Origin: Vitrella brassicaformis CCMP3155
Lineage: Eukaryota; Protista; Chromerida
DNA length: 64,000 bases
Reading direction: 5' to 3'
NCBI GenBank assembly: GCA_001179505.1
Contig: CDMY01000027.1
Coordinates: forward strand, 1-64,000
Each line of letters opens with the position of its first letter. Within the stretch, counting starts at the first letter, position 1. The notes below the pieces were generated by a model. That model was not told where the DNA came from. It was given only the letters and a program-made list of their open reading frames with translations, and made no database searches. Positions 45,820 through 59,666 of the stretch are shown here, one piece after another. A program made the position numbers and the translations under genes.

Positions 45820-48800
45820 TTAGATGACTTTGTTGTTGTCCTTGTCGACCATGCGGTTGTCGAGGTTGTAACGCCAGTCCTGAGACACACACACACACAC
45901 ACACACACCAGACATGCAGCACCCAATGTGGGCATCCCTTGAGGCATGATGGTGCCTGCGTAGGTACCTACCATGTACATCATGATCATGAGGCAGAAGC
46001 TGAAGCAGCCCGCCACGATCCAGCAGATACACACACGCAGCTGACATACGCGACACACATAAAGACACACACAGACACAGACACCGAGGAAGACAGACGG
46101 ACAGACGTGTCGGTGCGTCTATGTTGTGCTGCGTCATGTCATCGACGGGCTTGTGTGCCCACCATGTTTGAGACGATGTATCCACATAGGCCGTCGAACA
46201 TGCCGTTGAGACCTCTCAACATGAACTTGCAGTTGATGCCATCGAGAAGGTCTGCCGTCATGTCGAGCACGGGCTGGATGCTGCCCCTCAACTCTACGCC
46301 CAGCTTCCTCTGCGCCTCGTTTACCTCAAACTCCAGTGTTTCCTTCTGCACACACACAAACACAAACACACACACACGGCCATCAAACGGATGCATGCAT
46401 TAATTGGTGATGCAGCTGACCGCCATGGTGACTTCCTGTGAGATGCCTGGATCCGCAGCCGGGAGGGACTGATTGTAGCCTCTGCTCCACAGATAGTCGT
46501 AATAGTCGATCCCCGTCTACAGAGAGACGTAGGTACAACAGAGGCCCCATGACGTCTCCTTCTCGCCAACCCCGACCCACCGACTCACCAGCCCGCCTGT
46601 GTCCTGGTATTCGCATGGATTCAGCCCTCGCCCTGAATCCAGCGTCTCGCTGCCGCTGCTGGTGTCGGTCACGAGCTCGCCAGTTGTCGGATCGATGTGG
46701 TCGGTGTAGCTCGGACAGAACCACGCATCGTTGCCCGTGCCGGTCAGTTGCTGCATACAGAACGCCGGCAGGGAGTGCAAGACCCTTCGGTTGATTGATC
46801 TGTGTATGTATGGACACCAAGTACTTACGACTTTTTGCTTGGCCCAGTAGAGGAGAGCGAGGAACTCGCTTCTCTGCAAACCAGAGGTAGATGAACAACA
46901 GTGCTGTCAGTCTACGTTGTCCGTCCAGCTTGGTTGGCCTTTCAAGCTTACGGCTGGTTCAGCAGCCAAAGGGCCAACCAATTCGCTGTTCAAAGTGGGG
47001 TTGTTAGTCTGCACATGACACACGTGCAAACAGATATTGACGAGCGAGTCGGTCTGTCTGTCTGCGCAAGTGAGTGGGCTCATGTACGTACCGCAAAGGG
47101 TTCGACAAGACTGAAGCCGGCGTTAATCCTGTACTCTGTACCAGGCGGGTTGGCAAAAGGAGCGCCTGGTACTGGGACAAACAGCGACTCCAACCAGAAA
47201 TACGGAGTCCCCCCTCCCATTCTGCTGCGGATCTCAGCTTGGAGTTCTTCGAGGCCCTCGATGGGCCCATTCGGCTCAAGATCTGAGCGCATGATTGAGT
47301 GAGGGAGGAACAGACACATGGACGCAATCGGTGACAGACTACCTACCGGTATCGGTCTGATTCGTCTGCTCTTTTTGGATGCCAGTCGTGGGTATCTCCC
47401 AAGGTCGCGGTTCCTGCATGTACGAAAACCAGCCGGAAACGCATTCCATTGTATCTACCTCTCTCTCTCTCTCTCTCTTTCATTGACCGTACCGAATTGA
47501 GGGAAGGGTTCTGTGGGATGATGACCCAGCCCAGGGCCATGGCCGTCTTCTCAATCTACAAACAAAGTAACAAGCACTTGTCGATGTGTCTCTCTGTGTG
47601 TGTATATTGTCCGACCTCGTCGACTGCCGCGAAGCTAGCATTCTCACTCCTGAGAAGGGTGAATTGGGCGAACACACACAAAAGGCCCCCGTCCGTCTCT
47701 TCGCCGTGAGCGGGGAGTGAGTCATTTCTGTTTTGCTTGCTCACTCGTCCAGGTCGGCAAATGCTGCGTCGATATCCTTCTGGAAGTTGAAGTCGTCTGA
47801 AAAACGAGACGCGCGACACGCACGCAGAGAGGGACATGGCGACGCCGCCGTCTGGCTGCGTGTGTGGGGATTCCGTAAGTGTTTGCAATTCACCGACCTT
47901 CGATGCCCAGAGCCTCGACGAGGGAGCCGTTGCCTGTGGGTGTCAGGCACTGCACGGACGGACACGAACCATGTACTTTTCCATGCGTCCGTGCTGCTGT
48001 CTGTCTATGTAGCGCGGTACCTGTATGGCGATGTCGAGTGTGTCGGTGTCGAGGCCGACGTCCGTGCCCGGGCCGAAATACTTGTTCCAGCTCTTCTCGG
48101 ATTGCAGATCCTCCCTGCATATACACCGTACGTAAACAGTCAAGGTGTGCATATTTGATCGATTATCTGCCCAGACAGCCACGCACCTGACGAAGGTGCA
48201 TGCGTGTGCCATAAGGACGCCCACGAAAAGGACGAGACCGGCGAAGATGAATGCTGATAGTTAAGACGCAGCGAATGACATGTTTCTTGGCGCTTGCCGG
48301 CAGTCACTCACTGCCGATACTGCGCATACGTACCGAATACGGTGATGCCCATGAAGCAGCAGTACATGAGACAGGAATACACGGGAGTGGGATTCGGCGT
48401 ACGGCTAAACATCTGCACACAAATCGACAAATCGATGGGCGGGGCCGATATGTGTGTATGGTCCTCTCCCCTCCCTGCGTGTCTGTCTGCCTGTGTGCAT
48501 ACCGAGTATAGAAGTGCGAGCACGCCGAGTATGCCGGCCAGGCCGGCAATGACGCCCAGCACGATGAAGACGGCATAGCGGATCTTCTCGTTGTCCTCAA
48601 CCTGTGACACGCACACAGAGAAACCGATTCGCCTGTGCACCTGTCTGTGTACGTAGCCGCTGGAGCTCACCAGGTCGGTCGAGTCGGTGGCGCTGTCGAC
48701 GATGAGATTCTCCATTTCGTCCTTCATGTCCTTCAGAGACTTCGAGCCCGACTCTACACCATCTTTGACGTCCTGGCACATGACACGACGACCGGCATCC

Positions 48801-50929
48801 ATGAGCCCTTGTGTAGGTGTGCTGCCCTCTTCCTCTGGCTATTGTTTGCTGCGTACATCGAGAGTGCTTCCCGTGAGTGAGTCGGACACCTCGTTGCGCA
48901 CATTGGTGAGTGCTTGGACCACACCAGTCTTGATCTCATCCCTGGCCGCCGTGATTTTACCTGACGCCCACATCGTGTAGGTATGTCTCCCCTCTGCACC
49001 CACTGTGTGTGCACGAGTGAGTGTGGTTACCTGGCCCCTCATCGCATAGGACGCATCGGTGGTCGGAAGCAATTGCTTCGGGGGCGTTCTGCTCCAGCAC
49101 CTGAGTCACTCACAGGAGGAAACGTCCGTCGCTTCCGAGGAGGTGACCATCCCACTCACCAGTCCCATGAACTTGAGCCGATTGTCGAGCTCGTCCTTGG
49201 CTGATCCGTCACCGCACACACACACACGCGCGCGCACACACTATATGACCTGACCTGTGCAAAAGAATGTGTGTGGGTACCCATCTCGAAGTCGAGCGTA
49301 TCATTCAGGACCCTATCGATTTCGGCGGGGACGCCGTCGGGCTCGAGCTGATTCGAGATGCTCTCCATGCTGACCGCACGGCCACACAGGTACCCAGCAC
49401 ACACATCTCTTCTTGTCAGACTGTGGCACTTGGTTGTTCAGTCGCCCACTCACGTGTCGACGGCGTTGCTGAGTCCGATGAAGTAGCCGGTGGTGTTGGG
49501 CTCCCCGCTGCCGTAGAAGCTGTCCTCAGCGAACTGGGCCATCGCGCACAGCGTGTTGGTCACCCTACGTGTGAACGAACGTATACGAGAGAGCAGCACA
49601 TTCATTCAGTTTCGTTCTCCCACCCTTTGGTGAGGTCTTCGTTGTACTTGACTTGCAGGAACGACACAACCACCAGACCGGCGGAGAAGGCCTGCATGCG
49701 TGCAGTGTTTTCCATACGATCACAAGGACGGGCCGCAAACATACATCCAGACACCTATGTAAGACGTGTCTCTCTCTGCGTATTTGATTGAGACGTACGC
49801 AGAATATGATGAGAAATATGAGGTTGAAGAGGAAGGACCTCTTGCGGCGCTGCCTCGGCTCGCAACACCTGCAGTGAGTCCAGGCACACAGACAGACAGA
49901 CAGACAGAGGAATGGGCGGATGCAGGCATCCCTGAATACAATGACATCCATACCTTCTGCAGCATCGGCAGCACGCCATGTAGCAGCACACCGGCCAGAC
50001 GAAGACCAACAGTATCAAACCTGATAACCAACCATCCAAACATCCACACATACAAAGATTCACACATACACACATACAGACATACACACAAGAGAGATGT
50101 GCACTCATAGAATGCCCACCCACCGATCGCGACGGGCGTGAGTACGGCAGCGAGGGCCTTGATGTAGGGCTCCCAATTCTCCTCCGGATCCATGACCACA
50201 TCCAGAAACAAGCCGTAGTCTTCGCCACACAACAAGAGGGAGAGAGGGAGGGAAAAGGAGACAGGAATGCCCGATTCGCTGTGCGAGCGTGGGTTCTTGG
50301 TGCATGCCATGTCTTTACCGACGTATTTGCTGACTTCCTCCTGTGTGCCCTTCCCCTCCTCCCCGGGACGCTCTTTCCCCTTGATCTGTGGCAGACGGGT
50401 GAGTCGATGAGCACATGTAGCACTCGCTCATTCGTCGTTTGTGAGTGAATCCATTTGTGCATCTGCATGTGTGCGGCATCGTACCACGACGTCGGCCCTC
50501 CCGCAGACATCCTTGCGCACCTCCTTAAGCTCCTTCGAGTCATCAGCTGGTCACACCACACACACAAAGAACATCTCTCACATCCGCCCAATCTCTCAAT
50601 GAATGCATGATTGCATCCATCCCCTCCGCTCTCTCTCCCTCACCAAGTCGTCTCGTATGTGTCCCGTCGCCGTGCATCGTCGCCCGCAGATATCTCCTCT
50701 CTATCGGCCCCTCTCCCCACCGGAAAGGCGACAGCAGAAACCTCTCAACCGTTATGGCCACATGCAGCGTGTCGGTCAGCGGCGCATACGCCTCACGGAA
50801 CTGCGCCGGTGCCGCCGCGATGAGTTCCCGGACCTTCTTGAGCCTATCGGAACGTTCTGATGAGCTGATGAGCGTCGGTGTGGCCGCGAGGGCGAGAACG
50901 AAGACGAGTAGGCGGATTGGTGGCGTCAT
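45820..50929 (-). CDS. Prominin-like 5-TM membrane glycoprotein, paralog 1
   Basis: Signal peptide MTPPIRLLVFVLALAA; TM1 followed by a Cys-rich loop (VFVWPVCCYMACCRCCRRCCEP); TM2; large loop; TM3-Cys-TM4; second large loop; INCKF..NGMFDGLC; TM5; short tail. This is the prominin topology. Confidence 0.72.
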
Positions 50930-51261
50930 TGTGATGGATAGACGCCTCAGGAGAGCGACGGGGCGGCGTCACGACGCCCCGGGCGGTGGTGGGGCGCCCT
51001 TGCAATGGAGAAGTCGACTAAATCCTTGTCGATGCTCCTGTGAGAGCCGTACGGTGCGGAAAAGGAGGAAAAGCCCTCGGAGCACCAAACGACCGACCCT
51101 TGGACATGTTGCACAGATACCCTAAAGTGCATTCTGAGCTCGCACGGATTTATCTCCCCTCATCCCCTCCGTTCCCATGCCGCGTTGACGACGGCAGGCA
51201 ACCGTCACTCATCGAGATCTGCACAATCGGCCGACATCTGCATCACCGCAGCTGCGCCGCG

Positions 51262-52427
51262 ATGATGATCTTGTCTGATCTGTCCCTCCCATCCCTTGTT
51301 TCAATCGCCCTCGTCGCCCTCCCCCCCTGCCTCTCTTTCACCCCCCTCCCCCTCGACGCATCACGCACAGCGCTCTTTCCTGCGTCATCCACCCACCTCC
51401 ATAGGAGGCACACAAGCGATGCGGCGGCCTTTGCACCACTGGGTGTGCGGGGTAGGTCGTCGCCGCCCCTCCATGCACTGGGAGGGAGGTGCCGTGTTGT
51501 GTCGAGTGGCGTGCTGCCGTCGAGTGTGCTGATGATGGCTGTAGAGGACCCGCAGAGCGCCCTTGACACGACAAGTGGGCAAGGATGCATGGATGCACAC
51601 AAGGGAGATATGACTACTCATGGCTGTGTGCCCTCTGTCCACGTGGATCAGGTACCACCGCCACTATGGACGCGGGTGACGAGATGGTCATCCCGGCAGG
51701 CAGGGGCAGCCGCAAGTCTGCGAGGGCCAAGGTCATTCTCAGGCCAGGTGAGAGATGGATGCGTTGGGGCACGACGAGGCAGGCAGGCAGTGAGCCAGTG
51801 AGATGGATCCACAGCAGCGGCGTTTGGATGATGAGCGCTTGAAGGTAGTGTTGTTAGCTCTGTCGTGATAGAGCCATAGTGGCATGTTTCATGCACACGC
51901 CGCGGTGGCTCAGGGACGATAGCGATCTTAGCCTGACACGCACCGTATCATGCCACCCACCCACACACCACGCACACGGCCTCTGGATAACATGCAACTG
52001 TGTGTATGGTATGTCTGGTGTGTGCAGGTGAGGGTCGTTTGGTGATCAACGGTCGTGAGGGCGAGTCGTACCTCCAAAACAACGTCTGGTGGGTACAAGA
52101 AGTCAGGTCGCCCCTAGAGGCCACAGGTACGCCACCACGACACAGTCACCCGTACCGCCACACATCATGTGCCTTCACACATCCTCCATCCATCCATCAG
52201 GTCTTGAGAGTGAGTATGACATCATCGCGTTTGCGCGTGGCGGCGGGTACGGCGGCAAGGCGGGGGCCATCAAGAGTGCATTGGCGCGTGCGTTGGTGGT
52301 GGACCGCCCAGAGCTGCGGCCGGTGTTGAAGAAGGAGGGCCTGATGACCATCGACTCGAGGCGTGTCGAGAGGAAGAAATATGGCTTGAAGAAGGCCAGG
52401 AAGGCGCCTCAGTATAGCAAGAGATAG
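51262..52427 (+). CDS. rps9: Bacterial-type ribosomal protein uS9 with a bipartite (signal + transit-like) leader, probably plastid-targeted
   Basis: [78 protein letters not shown]. The N-terminus is hydrophobic then Ser/Arg-rich. Nuclear, plastid-targeted S9 is established in apicomplexans. Confidence 0.93.
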
Positions 52428-52736
52428 AGAGGCGGTGTCAAGGGGCAGGGAGGTGTGGGTGTGGGCGTGCCTTGCGAAGCAACGAATTTCGTGCTTGTTT
52501 GTACTACACACGCCGCATGTCGTTTCCGCTGCTGCACTGTCTGTCGAAAAGCTGCCAACGGCTACGCCACTCTGCATGCGCTTCTCGGCTGCTGTGCAGG
52601 GTGAGGTTGCCGAAGGCGGGCTGTTGGCGGGCAGTGCTAAGCGAGACGAAGCGACAGATAGCCGGCCCAGTGAGATTCACTCCTTCCGCTAGTTGATGTA
52701 CCCCTATCTGTGCTGCTCTTGAGCGGGTGTCTAGTG

Positions 52737-52798
52737 GGGCCCATCGACCATCCTCTGTGTCGCTGGAACAAACGACACAGCGGATGGTCGAGGGGCTT
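52737..52798. other. Long near-perfect hairpin (about 24 bp, 2 mismatches, 10-nt loop) between convergent genes
   Basis: TCGACCATCC 52744-53 pairs with 52782-91; CTGTGTCG 52755-62 pairs with 52773-80; outer GGGCCC pairs with GGGCTT. Confidence 0.88.
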
Positions 52799-53197
52799 GT
52801 GCTGGGACACACGCCGAGAGGCAGCTGGCAAAGAACAGAGGCGTAAGGACGATTGATACACTCACTACTGTGCGTGGATGATGGCTGTTTGTTGTCTGTG
52901 GAAATGAAGCTCATATGCATCTCTTGTTGCCCCATGCAGTACCAACACACTTCTGTCCCACCATGCCACACCCACACCCAGCGTCGAAAAAGAGGCCCAT
53001 CCATCCATCCATCCATGAATCAGTGTCTACTGAGGGACGGACTTCACTGACAGCAACAGGCACGCAGCGGGCGAATACCTACTCTCTACCTCAATAAATG
53101 GCCAGCAGCGCAGCGCAGAGCAGCTACATGTACAGCTGGGAGCAGCCGCTTCATCTGTGCAGTGTGCATCTACATGTCTCTCTACGAGACGAGACGT

Positions 53198-56100
53198 CTA
53201 CAGTGAGCTGGACAGTAGCTTTGTGTCTATCGTGAAACTGCGATAGCACAGAGACAGACACACACATGCAGCGAGCATTGGTGCAGGTTTGTGTCTCGTC
53301 CGTGTGTGGGTGCGTGTGCTGACCTCCAGGCAGCATACATCATGAACATCAGAATGATACCGAGGAAACCACTCACACACCTGACACACAGAGACAACAC
53401 ACACACACACACACACACTCGTGTGTCTCCTGTCCCTTCCCGCACCTCCCTCCCTCCCCCCCTCCCTCCCCCCTCTGACTGACTGACTGACTGACTGACC
53501 AGCACATGCTGATGAGCATGAGTGAGGGGACGACCTCGCCACACAGCCCCTCCAACATGCCGTTCATCCCACGATAGATGAACTTGCAGTTGATGGCGTC
53601 CAGCAGGTCGCTGACTTTGTCCAGTGTGTCGTCGAGCAGCGCCCGCAGCTGCACATTCAGCTCGTCCGTCGCGTCGCTCACTTGAGTGTCCAACGTCACG
53701 CCCTGCACTCACATCACAGCCAGGCATGGCATGGCCTGGACGGACAATCCCCATGTATGTGTTGTGCATTGCATCGTGCGTGTACGGCTGTCTGTATGGG
53801 AACGGCGAGGTCTGTGGTGACAAAGGTGCTCCACTGTCTGTTGGCCGGGTTGGTGTCGTTAAATCTGCACATGGACGTGGGCGTAACGTCGCCGAAGGCG
53901 CTGCAGTTGAAGTGCGTCACCGCATCGTCACGCAGACCCTAATCATCCACGACCCCACACACACTGGTCTGTCTGTCTGTCTGTCTGTGTGTTACTCACG
54001 GCTTTTGTTCTCATCCAGAAGAGCATGTTCTGGAAGTCTGTCGCCTGAACGGATAACGGATACATGTGGACTTTATCTGCACAATAGTCAGAGATTTGTA
54101 TGTCTGCTCGCTTACGTCAGCAGCCGGGAAGTAGCCAAGGATATTGCTGACCAGAGGATTCTAGAGACACGCACAGAGGAAAACATCGCCATGAGGTCAT
54201 TGTCCTCATTTGTCGGTCCTTTCTGTGTGCGCACGCACGGCGTTGGTGTGGTCGAAGCTGCGTGTGATCCGATAATCGGCCGCATTACCCTCACTGTTGT
54301 TGAACTGCGACGGGATCCCAGACGCTGACAGCAAAAGAAAGACACACACAACTTTTCCTCTTCCCTCTCCTGGCTATGCGCATCTGTCTGTACGGTGCAT
54401 GACGTCCATGTAGAAGAACTTGTCGTATTTGAGGCTGTCGGGCACAAACGGATTGGGGTTCAGCACCTCATTCAACAAGTCGCGGTTGACCCTCTCCAGT
54501 GTACTCAGCCCTGACCAGACAACACATCCACGTATTAAAGGTGTCTCCTTTCTCTGTCTGCGTCGTGTTGTGTGTACCAGGTACGACGTCGAAGGATATG
54601 CCTCCGCTGGGTGATGGGAGTGCGGCGAGTGCGTCTGCGTCAGTGATGGTGCCGTTGACGTTCTGGATGCCCACTCCCTTGACGAGGTCGTAAGTCGGAT
54701 ATGTCTAGCCGCACAGCAGACAGGGACATCCAGCGATGTCTCTCCCTCAACCGTGTCGCCTCACACTGTCGAAGACGTTCTCGTCTGTGAGCATCAGCCA
54801 CCCAAACTGTTGCGAGAACGTCACCAACTGAGCGAACGACAAAAGCCATACACTGATGAAGGTCGTTTGTTATCAGGTTCGTTACAGTGTGTCCGCACCT
54901 ACCGTATCAACTTCAGTGAGGTCGACGGACTGGTTCTGCTGCGCCGCCAGCTCGTCGAATTTCTGATCGATCTGCTCCTCGAAATCCAAATCCCCTGATA
55001 AGGCAGACAGCCACACACATACACATACACACACGGGGTGAGCTGCTTCCATGCTGCTGACCGACCGACCTGTGAGATTCAGGGCCTCCATCAGATCACC
55101 CGAGCCGGCCGGCGTCAAACACTGACAGAAAAGAGCGGCCACGAGTGAGACATGGAATAGATAATTGTCACACAGATGAGCGTGGACGGGTGGATGGGTG
55201 GGTATACCGTGATCATGATGTCGAGCGTCTGGTTGTCGAGCTTGAGAGTGTCGCCCGTGCCGTATGTATTCCAGCCCTCAGTCGTCAACAAGTCCTCGCG
55301 CACGAAGTTGCACACGCTGCCCAAAGCCACCGACAGGAACAGCAGGAACCCCGCCACTATCAACACTGGTTGGTTGGAAAGACAGACACATAGAATGAAG
55401 GGATGTGTGTGCACGCGCTCCTAGCGATACAATACCGATGCTTGAGCAGAGTGCGAAGCAGCACCAGACGCAGCATTGGGGCATGGCGATGGGGAACTTC
55501 TTGTTGGAGCACTTGGCCAGCAGCAACGCACCGATCCCCACAAACGCTATCACCTTCACACCCCACACACCAGCATACACATCCTTGCAAGTGTCTTCCT
55601 TTCACCATTGTCGTCTGATCGACCGACCGTGAATACGACGGACACAGTGATCAGGCCTGCCCCCATTTGAAGCCTTCGCTGGTCCACCTGCACACACAGA
55701 AAGAGAGAGCATTAGAAGAGACACGACGGCTGGGAGTGCGTACCATTTCCCTCTGGTCGACAAGAATGTCTGTGACGACGTCATTGAAGGATTTCTCGGC
55801 ATCTTCCAGCGGCTCCATCGCATCATCCAGCGCTGAATTGATGTCCTGACCACATGCATGCGCACCCCCGCACAGATTGCAATGCAGGTGAGTGTGTGAA
55901 GGTCGCGCGAAGCCACCGACCGTGAGTGTGGATGAGTTTTGTCCGAGGTTATTGTCGACTATTTCGCGCACATCGGCCAGCGCTTTGGTAATGCCCTGCA
56001 AGCACACACACGTGAGTGAGTGAGTGAGTGAGTGAGTCGAGGTCTCTGTGTGTCCTGCCTGCCGACCGATTCGAGGTCCGCGAGTGAGCTGCTGATGAGG

Positions 56101-58126
56101 CTGGCGGCCTCCTCGCAGAAAAGACACTTATGCTGCTCGGCAGACACTATCAGAGCGTTGCTCTCCAAAGTCTGTGGGCCGACACGCAACAGGTCGCCCG
56201 CTGGCTGGTGTCTCCTCCCTCTCTGTCGCGTACCTACCGTCTGCATGTGTGAGAGGCGCCCTATAAGTGAGTCCTTTGCTGACAAAAGGACAAGAGAAAT
56301 ACATCTTGTGTAGGCTGGCTGGCTGGCTGTCGAGTGTGAGGCGCGGGAGTGGCGCACTTTGTGTGAAGTCGAGCGTGTTGTCCAGGATGGTGTTGATGTC
56401 GGTGATCAGCTGACCCGTGGGAGTCAGGTCATCCTTCAGACCATTCAAGCTGCACGCAGACACACACAATATGCAACCTCTCCGTCACGTGACGTGGCCA
56501 CTCTGATGTGTACCTGTCGATGGCTCCCTTCACGCCTACCAGACGACAGAACACATCACACGAGTGAACGGGCGGCTCGACTTGGTGTCTGGGTGCGCTT
56601 ACCGATGAATGGCTGGCTGGTGTTCTCGGCCGAACCGTACAGAGCTGGACTCACACACGCACACACACAGACGGAGACAATCGCTGGAACAATTACTGCC
56701 CTTTATTAGTGCATTGGCCGGCCGGACCCTCGTCAGCAAAGTTGAACACGGCGCACATGGTGTTGCCAATGCTGCACACCGCACCCGCACATCCACACAC
56801 TTGTATGCGGCCCCCCCACCCACTGACCCGTTTCTGAAGTCCTCGATGTATCGAATTGACAGAAAGGCGAAGATCAGCAGACATAGCGTGAGGAAGCCGT
56901 ACAGCACCAGAAACACCAGCCCGCTCAGACACGAACCCTGTGGCACTTCACGAGGCTCCTTGCAGCACGGGCACCGCCTGCATGCATTCGCGCAGGGGGT
57001 GGGGCCCGTATGTATGTGTTGACTTCCCCTCTTTTACACACCTCCTGCATCCTCTGCAGCAGAATGCGCAACAGAGCCCCGGCCAGACCACACCCAACAA
57101 CACCAGGCCAAACACTGCCGGCACCATGAATGACCTGATCGATTGACGCACACAACTCAGCCGGTTTGGAGAGAATTTTGCCCTATCTGTCTCTCTGTAT
57201 ATCTGTGATGCGGTGACTCACGCGAGTTTCATGCCGAATGCCTGTCCGTTTGCTTCGGGGTCGTCAATCACATCGGCAATCGCACTTGTCCCGCCTGAGT
57301 GAGGGACACACCACACAGCAGCAAGTCAGCCAGCCAGCCAGCAAGCCACCAAAGCAATTGACAGAGGCCCATGTTCCTTTCTCCTTACTCATCCACTTGT
57401 CGACCAGTTCCAAGGCCTTCTTGCCCTTGTCGCTCGTACCGTTGAGCCTGCCGGTGATCTATCAAACACACGGACGACACGACAAGCGAGCTTACACACT
57501 CCAGAGTGGCCAACCGGCCGGCTGGCCCATCATTCAAAGCTCACGATCGTGGTGGCCTCATTGCACACGTCGTCCCTCTCCTTTCGCAGCTTGTCAGCGT
57601 CCTCGTCGGTCGTCCCATCTGACACACATCAGCCAGCCAGTCAGTCACGGCAGGACCAGTCTCTCAAATCTGTCGGGAATAGCCGGCGTCACTGTCAGAA
57701 TTGAGGCGTCGGAGGGCCCCTCTGAGGCCCGTGTAAGCATCCTGAGCCTTCAACAGCCACCTCAAAGGCAGCCTATCAATCACCTCCAGACCCAGCTGCA
57801 CCAAAGACACACAGTCGTGCGACCTTTAATGCATGTCGAATGTGATTCATGTTTCCCAACCTGTCGGGTGCGTGCGTAGCTCTCCTTCTTGGCGCGATAC
57901 TCTACCTCAAAGTGCTTCAGAACACACGACAATGCGTTTATCGAGTTGCGAGCCACCCGCCCTGCAGCCAGACAGCCTCTCATGCCCTCACATGCATGGA
58001 TTTGCACTCCTCTGCCTCACCTTGGTGCAAAGCTTTTCTCCTCTCGGTGCTGCCCGTGTTGATGGCAAGGATGATGACGGCAAGCAGGAGTCTGACGCAT
58101 GCGCCTCTTCGCTGACAGAGCGACAT
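53198..58126 (-). CDS. Prominin-like 5-TM membrane glycoprotein, paralog 2
   Basis: Signal peptide (VRLLLAVIILAIN); VFGLVLLGVVWPGLCCAFCCRGCRRRCPCC; NTMCAVFNFA; CNFVREDLLTTEGWNTY; INCKFIYRGMNGMLEGLC. All align by eye with paralog 1. Confidence 0.72.
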
Positions 58127-58224
58127 TGGAACGGGAGAGTACCAGAGCTACGCAGGTGTTAGGCCGCGTGAATTTTCAGATCATTTTCTGTTTTTAACCG
58201 CGCCATTTCGCGGCAAGCTTGCCG

Positions 58225-59293
58225 ATGCCGCTGCCAAGTAAAAAGACCAGAATGGAGGCTCCTGTGGTAGACGACAATGGCTCCGAGAAGGATGACAGGA
58301 CGATGCAGCGTGAGGAGAGTGAGCGCCGCCTGTTTGGCCGCCCCTGTGTCCCCGATGATGCTGCAGCATCTGCTGCCACACCCGCACAAGACGACAGTGA
58401 AGCGCATGCCGTACCAGCTGCAGATGACGAGAACGAAGATCATGCCCTATCAGTCGTGGCAGCTCCAGGTCCGGAGGAGGCGACGAGTGCTGTTACGACA
58501 CAGAAGGGACGGCGAGGCAAGAGGGCCAAGACCGACGACCTGCAGATGGAACTCGGTGGGTAACCAGGGCGGGATCGGATGCGGGATGGGATAGCTAGAT
58601 CCACGGGCGGATGTAACGACACGACATGCTTGGGATCTGTCTGTGTGTGTGTGTGTATGTGTGTGTTGGCAGGTTTTCTGAATGAGAAGAATGTTGGGCA
58701 GCTGCGCAAGTTGAACCTTGCCACCTTCCCCGTCGTGTACAAGGACGGCTTCTACGCCGACGTCGTCAACCACACCAAATACTCGCGCCTAGGTGAGTGA
58801 CCCCACACAGTCACAGAAGTCGTGTATAAATGTAGATCGATATGCTCTCTCTCCGTTGTGTGTGATGGTGGTGTATTGGACAGCCTACTTAAAGGACGTG
58901 TTGGTGGCCGGTTTGTGTTGTCGCGTCGAGACTGCCTCCTCAGCCCTCCCCATGCCGCCTGATGCAGCACCCGCACCAAACAACCATAGCAACGCAAACG
59001 GACTCACAGACGGTACGGTACAGCGCTCGCATGACACACGGGGGAAGGCGCGTGTGTGTGTATCTGGACACTTCTGGTTTGTTTCCACCTGCCCCCCATG
59101 TGTCTGCAGATGTGCCGTCATCGTCACTGCCCAATGGCCCCACCCCTCGTGTGTCGTCTGAAGGTGGCGGGTGCCGGCTGTACATCATGACACTGGGGGT
59201 GCTCAAACCATACAGGAGGCTGGGCATCGGTCAGACAGTGCAGTGCTCACGAGGGAGGGGATGGATACTAACATGTATACTGGGCTCATGTAC

Positions 59294-59324
<31 letters not shown>

Positions 59325-59666
59325 TGGGTGCGTGCATGTGTTCTCAGGCACTCGTCTGCTGGAGTGGCTGCTGGATGAGGTGCACAAGGCAAACGCGGAG
59401 ACTCCAGCGCAGAGGGGACACGGTGAGTGAGTACGGTGAGGCGAAACAAGGCGACTGACTACCTGCACGGATGGCTGGCACTTTGTGTGGCTGTCTGTGT
59501 GCCTGTAGGTGTGTTGGATGACATTTATCTGCACGTGCAGAGCAACAATGACGTGGCCATTGCGTTTTATCAGCAGTACGGCTTCAGCGTCATCAACAGG
59601 CTGGAGCACTACTACACCACACTCGACCCCTCCGACTGCTACGTCCTCAGCAAGAGACTCACCTAG
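58225..59666 (+). CDS. NAA50: N-alpha-acetyltransferase 50 (NatE catalytic subunit, GNAT)
   Basis: NEKNVGQLRKLNLATFPVVYKDGFYADV..RLAYLKDVLVAGLCCRVE..RLYIMTLGVLKPYRRLGIGTRLL..IYLHVQSNNDVAIAFYQQYGF..YYTTLDPSDCYVLSK matches NAA50/San motifs closely. Confidence 0.92.
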
